From contig JAIXUC010000020.1 of the NCBI GenBank assembly GCA_027483665.1, positions 68,719 to 132,718 on the forward strand: DNA of 64,000 nt, in the 5' to 3' direction. The notes beneath the pieces are model-generated. The model saw only the letters and a program-made list of their open reading frames with translations, did not search any database and was not told the origin of the DNA. Positions 9,641 through 16,940 of the stretch are shown here, one piece after another (the stretch's first letter is position 1; the number at the start of each line of letters is the position of its first letter). The translations under genes and the position numbers were made by a program. Source of the DNA: Comamonadaceae bacterium. GTDB taxonomy: Bacteria; Pseudomonadota; Gammaproteobacteria; Burkholderiales; Burkholderiaceae_C.

Positions 9641-11149
9641 TTCGATTTGCCGCGTGCGGGTGTCGATGATCGACGCTTCGATGTGGTCCACCTGCGGCTG
9701 CCCGCGCAACAAGTCTTGGGCCGAGCGGTAGCGGTCAGCGGCTGATGCGTAGTCAAAACGCGCCGCGAAACCCTCTGCTTCGGCGCGAACGGCGCGCACG
9801 GTTTGACCTTGGGCTGTCCAAGCTTGCGACAGCAGCAACCAGGCCGCCGCGTCCTTGGGGTAGCGGCTGAGCCAAAGTTGCAATCGCTCGGACGCGGCGG
9901 CCGCGTTGCCTGTTCTCAACGACGTCTGGCCCCAGAGCATCCACTCGGGCCGAGCCGCTTCAGACAGTTGCCCCGGCGACCACAGGCTTTGCGCAAAGCC
10001 GCGCGCGGTTTCCAAATCGCCGCGCTGCAAAGCCCACTCCCAGGCGAGCAAACGCACCAGCCGCTGCGCCTGCGGGTCTGCCGCAACCAGCGGCTGCAGC
10101 GTTGAGAAATAGAGATTGACGCGCTCTGCGTCTCGCGCGCGACCGGCCGCCAGAATGCCGGTATAGAGCGCCGCGACACGGCGCACGGGGTCTGCTGCGC
10201 TGCGCCCGGTGTTTGTCGCGGAAGCTGCTGCCGCATCGGCCTCCAACACCCAGCTGCGCTGCGTGTCCGGCGTGGCTTGAGACAAGCCCCGCGCTCGGGC
10301 TGCAATGAGGGTATGCGACCAATCAACCACCTTGGGAGCGGCGCTGGCCTGCTGGCGAGTGACACCCAGGCGGGCTTGCATGTCGGCCAGCCGCTCGGTG
10401 GTCAAGGGGTGCGTGCGCAGATAGGGAAAGGCCCCGCTGTCGCTCAAGCGGTTGGCTTGGCCCAGCTTGTCGAACATGGTCACAAAGCCCAGCGTGTCGA
10501 AGCCGGCTTCGTTCATCACGACATAGCCCACGCGGTCGGCCTCGCGCTCCATGTCGCGAGAAAAGTTGAGCTGGTTTTGCGCAGCCAATGCCTGCCCGCC
10601 CGTGATGAGCGCGCCTGCTGCGTCTGGGCTTTTGCTGGCAGCCAGTGCACCCAAAATCATGGCGCCCAGCACCCAGGGTGCTTGCTGAGATTGCTGGGTC
10701 ATCAGCCTTGCAATGTGACGCTGCGTCACGTGGCTGAGTTCATGCGCCAGCACCGAGGCCAACTCGTTGCGGTTGCTCACCAAAGCCATCAGGCCTAAGT
10801 GGATGCCGAAGTAGCCGCCCGGCAGAGCAAAGGCGTTGACGCTGCGGTCGCGGCCCATCATCAGCTCGAAGGCGAAGCGCTCGGCCATGTCGGGGGTGAG
10901 CTCTCCGCGGGCTTTGGCCGCAGCCAGCAGCGGCTGCCACAGCGACTGCAAATAAGCCATGAGCACCGGGTCGTCGATGTAGTCGGGGTCGCGGTAGATT
11001 TCGCGCGCAATGCGCTCACCCAAGCGGCGCTCTGCGCCCAGCGTCATTTCCTGCCCGTCGCCCATGCTGGGCAGGTTGACTTGGGCGCTCGCCATTGCGG
11101 GGGTCAGCGTCAGCAAGGACACCAAAGAAACGGCAAGCAGAACGCGCAT
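9608..11149 (-). CDS. Periplasmic M48 zinc metalloprotease with C-terminal TPR region (BepA/YfgC-like)
   Basis: Signal peptide [33 protein letters not shown] (HExxH) and a helical-repeat C-half. The start is set at ATG 11149, which overlaps the upstream stop by 1 nt (TGATG). The track extension to 11251 lies inside the upstream gene. Confidence 0.85.
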   Translation of the reverse strand: MRVLLAVSLVSLLTLTPAMASAQVNLPSMGDGQEMTLGAERRLGERIAREIYRDPDYIDDPVLMAYLQSLWQPLLAAAKARGELTPDMAERFAFELMMGRDRSVNAFALPGGYFGIHLGLMALVSNRNELASVLAHELSHVTQRHIARLMTQQSQQAPWVLGAMILGALAASKSPDAAGALITGGQALAAQNQLNFSRDMEREADRVGYVVMNEAGFDTLGFVTMFDKLGQANRLSDSGAFPYLRTHPLTTERLADMQARLGVTRQQASAAPKVVDWSHTLIAARARGLSQATPDTQRSWVLEADAAAASATNTGRSAADPVRRVAALYTGILAAGRARDAERVNLYFSTLQPLVAADPQAQRLVRLLAWEWALQRGDLETARGFAQSLWSPGQLSEAARPEWMLWGQTSLRTGNAAAASERLQLWLSRYPKDAAAWLLLSQAWTAQGQTVRAVRAEAEGFAARFDYASAADRYRSAQDLLRGQPQVDHIEASIIDTRTRQIESLRREQALER

Positions 11150-11937
11150 CAGAAACTGTCCAGCGGCAGGTAAGCCACAGGCACGCCCGTTTGCGGGTGG
11201 ATCACCGCGGTCCACAGCAACTGTCGGCCCACCAAGGGCAGCACACGCCACTGATCGGCTGCGATTGCGCGGTCTGCCTCGGCGGCCTCGGCGAGCGCTC
11301 GGTCGATGTTGCTGGCCTCAGCCGGGTAGCGCTGGCGCAGCGTGGCAACCGGCTTGGACGCGGCCAAGACCCGCTCGCGCGATTGCGCAAAGGGTTGCCA
11401 CAAGTCAGGGCGTATGCCCAGAAACACGCCGCTGAGTTCGGCGAACATGGCCTCGGCTTGTTCGTTGTTGTTGGCAAAGGGCCGAACACCCACCAAACCG
11501 GGGCCAGCCATGGGCAACTGCCGCAAGCCCTCGGGCGCTTTGGGCAACCACTCGGCCGGTACATCGACCGCGTGCACCACGCGGAAACGGTCGCCCTCGA
11601 AAGCCATGTAGACCGGGCGCGCCTGCCAGACGGTCCACAAACCGTAGCCCAAAGCCGCCAATTGCAAGAGCCCGACCATGACCAGGTCGCGGCGCAGCTC
11701 GGCTCTGGGCTTGGCCCGGTTGAAGATGGCCAAGGTGATGAGCGGGCCCATGACCACATCGACCGCCACCACGATCATGAACAGATCGCGTCCACCAGAA
11801 ATCTCGCGGTAGGGGTAGGGATACCAAAGCCCGAAGACCAAGGCGGCCGCAGCAAGCGCAATGGCCAGGGAGATGCCGAGGTGGATGCCGGAGGCGCGCA
11901 GGCGGTCGTGCCAAAAAGCAGAGGTCGTCAGTTGCAT
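11149..11937 (-). CDS. TfpX/TfpZ (FimB)-family type IV pilin accessory membrane protein
   Basis: [110 protein letters not shown] matches my memory of the conserved N-terminal three-TM core of this family. Confidence 0.7.
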   Translation of the reverse strand: MQLTTSAFWHDRLRASGIHLGISLAIALAAAALVFGLWYPYPYREISGGRDLFMIVVAVDVVMGPLITLAIFNRAKPRAELRRDLVMVGLLQLAALGYGLWTVWQARPVYMAFEGDRFRVVHAVDVPAEWLPKAPEGLRQLPMAGPGLVGVRPFANNNEQAEAMFAELSGVFLGIRPDLWQPFAQSRERVLAASKPVATLRQRYPAEASNIDRALAEAAEADRAIAADQWRVLPLVGRQLLWTAVIHPQTGVPVAYLPLDSF

Positions 11938-12003
11938 GTGCCTATGATGCCCAAGGCTGGTGAAGGTTCGGTAAAGACCAGCGTTTCACTTGGTTTCACG
12001 CCC

Positions 12004-12537
12004 ATGGCAACAGCTTCCACCCCGTCTTCCCTGCCTGCATCCGCTGCCCCTGAGAGCGATCAGCCAAGCCTGACGCATTTCAACGCACAAGGCGAGGCGC
12101 ACATGGTGGACGTGTCAGACAAACCGTCGACGCGCCGCACGGCGGTGGCTTTCGGGCGAATCCACATGCAGGCGGCCACCTTGACGACGGTGGCAGCAGG
12201 TCATGCGCGCAAGGGCGATGTGTTGGGCGTGGCCCGCATCGCTGGCATTCAAGGCGCCAAGCGCACGGCAGATCTGATTCCCCTGTGTCACCCCTTGGCG
12301 CTCACGCGCGTCGCGGTGGACCTGTGGGCAGACGAGGCCACGCTGTCAGTCTGCTGCGAAGCCACCGTGGAGACGGTGGGGCCGACTGGCGTGGAGATGG
12401 AGGCGCTGACTGCCGTGCAAGTGGCGCTGCTCACGGTCTACGACATGTGCAAGGCGGTGGACCGGGGCATGGTGATTGGGGATGTGCGCCTGCTGGAAAA
12501 GCACGGGGGCCGTTCGGGTTCTTTTGTAGCTCGCTGA
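12004..12537 (+). CDS. moaC: Cyclic pyranopterin monophosphate synthase
   Basis: [27 protein letters not shown]...[29 protein letters not shown]...[29 protein letters not shown]. The internal ATG at 12004 is used; the long track ORF from 11095 is a spurious extension. Confidence 0.93.
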   Translation: MATASTPSSLPASAAPESDQPSLTHFNAQGEAHMVDVSDKPSTRRTAVAFGRIHMQAATLTTVAAGHARKGDVLGVARIAGIQGAKRTADLIPLCHPLALTRVAVDLWADEATLSVCCEATVETVGPTGVEMEALTAVQVALLTVYDMCKAVDRGMVIGDVRLLEKHGGRSGSFVAR

Positions 12538-12596
12538 TGGGGCTCGTTGATGGGGCGCACTGAGCGCCGACCGAGCGTTTGCTTGCGGCCGGCGCG

Positions 12597-14210
12597 CTAG
12601 GGCTGAGTCAGCAGACCGCGCCGCTGCCGCCAAGCTTGGGCCTCTTTAGGAAAAGCCGCGTCAAAACGCGCAAGGACGGCGACGGCCTCTTGCTCTTTGC
12701 CCAGCAGCAAGGCGCTGTCCAGCAGCAACACCACCACTTTCGGCTCGGGCGAGAAATGCAGTGAACGCGTCGCCAGAGCGTGGATGTGCGCCGCGTTGGC
12801 GCGCGTCAGGTCGCTGGTGGTCAGCTCGGCAAAGTCCACCTGGTCGCGAAACAGCAGCGAGGCTTGGGCTTTGGTCAGCGTGTCGGTGCGGTAAGCCTTG
12901 GCGCGTTGCTCGGGTAGCAAGTAGAGCTGGCTGATGCGGTGGTAGTCGAACGTCAGGTAGGCCAGGAAGGCGCACCAGACAACGGCCAGAGTGGCCCCTG
13001 GCCAACGGCTTCGTGGGGTCGCTGGCTGCACCTGCCTGCGCCACAACACCATGCAGCACAAGAACGCGACCAGCTGAAACGGGCCGTACCACAGCGGGTA
13101 CTCCAACAGGCTGTGGATGCCGATCACGGCCAACAGGCCCCAGGCCATCTGGCGCAGCGGGTCGGCTTCGCGCCAAGGGCGGGCGCGCCACACCCACAGC
13201 GCCAACAGAAAACACAGGCCCAGCGTCACCGGCACGCCCAGCGTCACCGCGAGATGCAGCGGCAGGTTGTGCGCGTTGTCCAAGATGGCGCAAAAGCGCT
13301 CGCCGGGGTAGAGCGTGACGAAGTGCGCGTAGTCCAACTCGCCCCAGCCCCAACCGAGCCACGGTTTTTGTGCGATCAGGTGCAACACGTTGGACCACAA
13401 CACCAAACGGCTGCCGCAGCCCTCGTCATCGTCCAAGCGGCTCAGCGCCAGCGCCATGCCTTTGGCGTCGGCACCTGACCACTGCAGGAGCAGCGGCAGG
13501 GCCCATACCGCCGTGAGGTAGAGCGCCAACAAACCGAGGGCGGTCGCCCAGTGCTTGCGCCCCATCGTCTGCAGCCACGTGGCACTTGCGTGAGGCATGG
13601 CATCGGACGGCAGCGGCCCGGCCACTGGGAACAGCGCCACGAACGCGCCCAAGAAAACCCACTGCAACAGACCCGTGCGCGATCCGGTGGCCGCTGCGGC
13701 CAGCGCCAGCACAGCCCAACCCAGCCACAACAGTGCATGGCCCTGCCACGGCGCGCGCCAGACACGGGAAGGCTCAGACGAACGCTGCGCCAAAAGCCAC
13801 CACCAAGCCACCGCGCCCAGCACCAGCAAGGTGGCCAAGTGGTTGCGTTGGCGCAAGTTGGCATAAGCCACGCCCGATGAAGGCGCGACCCAGGGCGACA
13901 GCGCATCGGCAGCGCCGATGAGTTGCACCAAACCCGCCGCCGCGCTCAGCAGCGCGGCTAGGGCCAAGCCAAGCACCCAGGGCGTGAAAGCGGTGGGGTA
14001 AGCCACTGCGGGCGAAGCAACCGCGGGGGAATGAACGCCGGGAGGTGCGGACACCGACCCGCGTCCAAGCCCTGCCAGCAAAGCCGCCATGGCAGCTGCT
14101 GATAACAGCCACTGCAACATCGGCGCGCTGGGGCCAAAGGTCCAAGGCACCAACCACGGCAAGGCGGCGACCGGCAGCCACAGCCAAGCCAAGCGGCGAG
14201 CTGGGCTCAC
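12597..14210 (-). CDS. PglL/TfpO-type O-oligosaccharyltransferase (Wzy_C O-antigen-ligase fold + C-terminal Wzy_C_2 region), paralogue 2
   Basis: Polytopic membrane protein with YANLRQRNHLATLL, SRTGLL and the periplasmic loop WGWGELDYAH...DNAHNLPLHLAVTLG...HSLLEYPLWYGPF. The start is proposed at GTG 14210, in frame with track ORF 12597..14537 at residue 110. It overlaps the upstream stop as GTGA. The Arg/Cys-rich first 109 codons of the track ORF lie inside the upstream gene. Confidence 0.8.
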   Translation of the reverse strand: MSPARRLAWLWLPVAALPWLVPWTFGPSAPMLQWLLSAAAMAALLAGLGRGSVSAPPGVHSPAVASPAVAYPTAFTPWVLGLALAALLSAAAGLVQLIGAADALSPWVAPSSGVAYANLRQRNHLATLLVLGAVAWWWLLAQRSSEPSRVWRAPWQGHALLWLGWAVLALAAAATGSRTGLLQWVFLGAFVALFPVAGPLPSDAMPHASATWLQTMGRKHWATALGLLALYLTAVWALPLLLQWSGADAKGMALALSRLDDDEGCGSRLVLWSNVLHLIAQKPWLGWGWGELDYAHFVTLYPGERFCAILDNAHNLPLHLAVTLGVPVTLGLCFLLALWVWRARPWREADPLRQMAWGLLAVIGIHSLLEYPLWYGPFQLVAFLCCMVLWRRQVQPATPRSRWPGATLAVVWCAFLAYLTFDYHRISQLYLLPEQRAKAYRTDTLTKAQASLLFRDQVDFAELTTSDLTRANAAHIHALATRSLHFSPEPKVVVLLLDSALLLGKEQEAVAVLARFDAAFPKEAQAWRQRRGLLTQP

Positions 14211-16162
14211 GGCTTGGCGCTGGTTGTTGGCGATTTCGCTGGGGCTGCTTCGTCGACACCGGCACCGGCACCTGCACCGCCCTCGCCGCCCACACCGCTG
14301 CCCGCTGCAACAGCGCCGGTACCAGCCCTGGCGTCGATCGCGTTGCGGCTGCCTTGCGTGGCAGAGGCTTTGCGCAACACGTCGCGGAGCGCCAAGAAGG
14401 GGTCGGGCGGGCTGCCCGGCGGCGGTGCGCCCAACTCCGGCACCCAAGGCAGGCGAGGGAAGTCGGGCTGAAAGTGCTGCTTGCGCTCCCACAGCATGCG
14501 ACTTCCCTGGCAGTTGGCGAGTGAATTCAACTCGCACAAGAGACGCATCCAGTCCCGCGCTTCGTCGTCGCGGCCCAAGCGCGCCTCGCCTTCGGCCATG
14601 GCGCTCAAGGCGCCTGCCGAAGGAAATTTCTTCGCCCAGATGCGCATTTGCGGCATCTGCTCACCCGTCGGGTCTTCCTTGGGTCGGTAATTGGCCAGCT
14701 TCAATTGCGCTTGCAATTGGTCAAACAGCCAAACATCCGGCACGTCGGGCCTGCCCAAGGTGCCAATGTTGGCGCGGTCAAAACGCATTTGGAAAAAGCG
14801 GGCTTCCAGGTCGGCGTACTCGACCACGGCGAGCAACAAGAACCCAAAAGACAAACCCACCACGCCCCAAGAGACCGAACGCGGCATGGCCCACAGCACC
14901 CGCTGCGGCTGGCGCGCCAAGGCCCCGCCCAACATCAAGGCGGCAGGAAATAGGAAATAGCCGTAGTACAGCGGGTACTCCAACATGGCGTGGAACAACA
15001 CCGCCATCAGGCAAAACCAAAGAATCCACTCCTCGGTCGTACGAATGGCACGCAAGCGCCGCACCGTCCAAACCCCAGCTACCACGATCATCGTGCCGCC
15101 GATGGGGATGCCGAAGATGAGGAGGGTGTCTAGGAGGAGGTTGTGGCTGTTGGAGAAGTGTCCTGGAAACCCTCTGGGGCCGATTTCCAGCATGGCGATG
15201 TGCGCATCCCCAACGCCTTCCCAGCCGTAGCCAAACCACGGTTTGGCCCAGATGGCGTCGAGGAACATAGACCAGGCCCGCCAACGAACGGGGTCATTGG
15301 GTTCAGACAGAACCCGTCCCACCACACTGAATGGGTCTCCACCAAACAAGGAGTCCGCCAGTTGGTTCGCTAACCAACCCACCACCACCATGAGGCCCAG
15401 CATGGCCGTCCAACGCCAAAGCCAAATGCGCTGCAAGTGGGCTGGACGCCAAACCCACAGCGCAGCGGCCGCTCCCCACAGAAAGTATTGGGCTGTACGC
15501 GAGCCGCTAAGAGAAATTCCCAACACCAAAAAAATAGCGATGAACGTACCGCTGGACACCGACACCGCCTGGCGGTGCATCGCCCAAGCAAGCGCACCCA
15601 AACCCCAGACCAACAAGGTCGCCAGGTGGTTCGGCTGCCCCAAGTTAGCGAAAGGTCGACTACCAACAGGCGGCTGGCCGAAAAACTCGGTAAGCCAGTT
15701 GGTTACAGAGCCCGTCAACCCCAGCCATTGGAAAACCGTGATGCCAACAGACCCGACAGCCGCCAATCCGATCCCTGCAAAAAGCCAATCCAGCAAATGG
15801 TGAGGCTGCTGCTTTTCAAATAGTCTGGCGGTCACCAGCCCAACAATGAAAAGCAAAGCAAAACCTGCCGATAAAAGAACGTCCCCCCGAAACAGCATCA
15901 ATCCGGCGCCCCACTGGCAAACCAGCACAGCCGCCACCATGATCAGGGCAGCCTCTACCGCGCCAAACTCCAGCTGCGGGCTAAATCGCCAAAGGGCTAA
16001 CGCGGTCCAGCCCGTCAAGACAAACGCAGCCAGCGCCTCACCATGAAATGCCAGCCACGGCGGGTGGTGATAGACCACCAACCAGGCTGCGCCGGTCAGC
16101 AGCATCAAGGCCGCAGGTGCGGCGATGCTGGCGAGCTTTCCGGGTTGGCTGCTAAAAAGCAC
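14207..16162 (-). CDS. PglL/TfpO-type O-oligosaccharyltransferase, paralogue 1, with Gly/Ala-rich C-terminal tail
   Basis: It shares motifs with paralogue 2 (FANLGQPNHLATLL, SGSRTAQ, YGWEGVGDAH...SNSHNLLLDTLLIFG...HAMLEYPLYYGYF). It lies immediately downstream of pilA, as tfpO/pilO does in group I Pseudomonas pilin loci. The start is uncertain: GTG 16162 just after the pilA terminator, or ATG 16105. The track start at 16285 overlaps pilA. Confidence 0.8.
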   Translation of the reverse strand: MLFSSQPGKLASIAAPAALMLLTGAAWLVVYHHPPWLAFHGEALAAFVLTGWTALALWRFSPQLEFGAVEAALIMVAAVLVCQWGAGLMLFRGDVLLSAGFALLFIVGLVTARLFEKQQPHHLLDWLFAGIGLAAVGSVGITVFQWLGLTGSVTNWLTEFFGQPPVGSRPFANLGQPNHLATLLVWGLGALAWAMHRQAVSVSSGTFIAIFLVLGISLSGSRTAQYFLWGAAAALWVWRPAHLQRIWLWRWTAMLGLMVVVGWLANQLADSLFGGDPFSVVGRVLSEPNDPVRWRAWSMFLDAIWAKPWFGYGWEGVGDAHIAMLEIGPRGFPGHFSNSHNLLLDTLLIFGIPIGGTMIVVAGVWTVRRLRAIRTTEEWILWFCLMAVLFHAMLEYPLYYGYFLFPAALMLGGALARQPQRVLWAMPRSVSWGVVGLSFGFLLLAVVEYADLEARFFQMRFDRANIGTLGRPDVPDVWLFDQLQAQLKLANYRPKEDPTGEQMPQMRIWAKKFPSAGALSAMAEGEARLGRDDEARDWMRLLCELNSLANCQGSRMLWERKQHFQPDFPRLPWVPELGAPPPGSPPDPFLALRDVLRKASATQGSRNAIDARAGTGAVAAGSGVGGEGGAGAGAGVDEAAPAKSPTTSAKP

Positions 16163-16167
16163 AGGCG

Positions 16168-16192
16168 AAAAAAAACGCCCCCGAAGGGGCGT
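16168..16192 (-). terminator. Rho-independent terminator downstream of pilA
   Basis: Minus strand reads ACGCCCC-UUCG-GGGGCGU followed by U8. That is a 7-bp GC stem with a UUCG tetraloop and a U-tract, starting 15 nt after the pilA stop. Confidence 0.85.
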
Positions 16193-16206
16193 TTGCGTAA
16201 TCAAAC

Positions 16207-16659
16207 TCAGGAGATCGAGCCGCGGCAGCTGGCTGGCAAGAACTGAGCTGGCATGGGGTTGACTGGTGCAGGACCACAGACCCAAGCAACAGTGCCGCCT
16301 GCTTGAACCGTGCCGCGCATCGCGACACCGCGGTTGTTCGCTTGCGCGTTGACCGCTTGTGCAACTGCAGTGATTGTTCCGACTGACAAGCTGTCCCGAA
16401 CGTAAGCGACGCTCGCGACGTATTGGGTCGTCTGGGTTGCGATTGAGACACTGGCGTTGTCGGGCATCACACCCTCAACCGATGCAGATTCAGCCAGGGT
16501 GGTCCGAGCGCCAGACAGGGCCAGAACGACTTCAGAAATCTTAGCGCGGGCCGTGTAATCGTTGTAAGCCGGCAGTGCGACTGCGGCCAAGATGCCGATG
16601 ATGGCGACCACGATCATCAGTTCGATGAGGGTGAAGCCCTTTTGGATGGTTTTCTTCAT
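16207..16659 (-). CDS. pilA: Type IVa major pilin (prepilin), C-terminal disulfide loop, terminal Ser
   Basis: [43 protein letters not shown] is the class III leader with G-1/F+1/E+5. The C-terminus is [23 protein letters not shown]. An AGGAGAG RBS lies 6 nt upstream. Confidence 0.95.
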   Translation of the reverse strand: MKKTIQKGFTLIELMIVVAIIGILAAVALPAYNDYTARAKISEVVLALSGARTTLAESASVEGVMPDNASVSIATQTTQYVASVAYVRDSLSVGTITAVAQAVNAQANNRGVAMRGTVQAGGTVAWVCGPAPVNPMPAQFLPASCRGSIS

Positions 16660-16704
16660 GAGGTTCTCTCCTAGGAGGTTGGGGGGATAACAGAATCAGT
16701 ATAG

Positions 16705-16719
16705 GCAGGTTCCATGCCA
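16705..16719 (-). promoter_or_regulatory. Sigma-54 (-24/-12) promoter of pilA
   Basis: The minus strand reads TGGCATGGAACCTGC, against the consensus TGGCACG-N4-TTGC. The invariant GG and GC are exactly 10 nt apart, and the element lies about 45 nt upstream of the pilA ATG. Confidence 0.7.
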
Positions 16720-16789
16720 AGTTGGTGACGTGTCTGGGCGGCCTCGGGGTGTGATTTACCGCACGGCTGGCGCTGGGTTGCTGGACAGT

Positions 16790-16845
16790 TTTGTCACCTG
16801 GCCGGTTGTTTGCCGGCTGTTGGCCGACATCTTTGTCACCCGGCC
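16790..16845. promoter_or_regulatory. Two 14-bp direct repeats TTTGTCACC[T/C]GGCC, 42 bp apart; candidate enhancer-binding-protein (PilR-like) UAS
   Basis: Repeats at 16790-16803 and 16832-16845 (13/14 identical), 75-130 bp upstream of the sigma-54 element. The spacing is four helical turns. Confidence 0.45.
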
Positions 16846-16940
16846 TGAACCATCCGACGTTTAACGCGCCGTACACCGGCCGCATGCCCGCCTCGTGCCC
16901 GCGGCAAACCCGTTGCCAACCCGCTCTTGCTGCCCCAGCT

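Noticed and set aside
11095-12003. 5' 300 codons of the 480-aa track ORF that ends as moaC
   Set aside because: This part is antisense to the TfpZ-like gene and low-complexity. MoaC homology starts only after ATG 12004.
14211-14537. N-terminal 109 codons of track ORF 12597..14537 (Arg/Cys-rich RCGRRGRCRCRCRC...)
   Set aside because: It lies wholly inside the upstream pglL gene in another frame. An in-frame GTG at 14210 overlapping the upstream stop gives a sensible TM-containing N-terminus.
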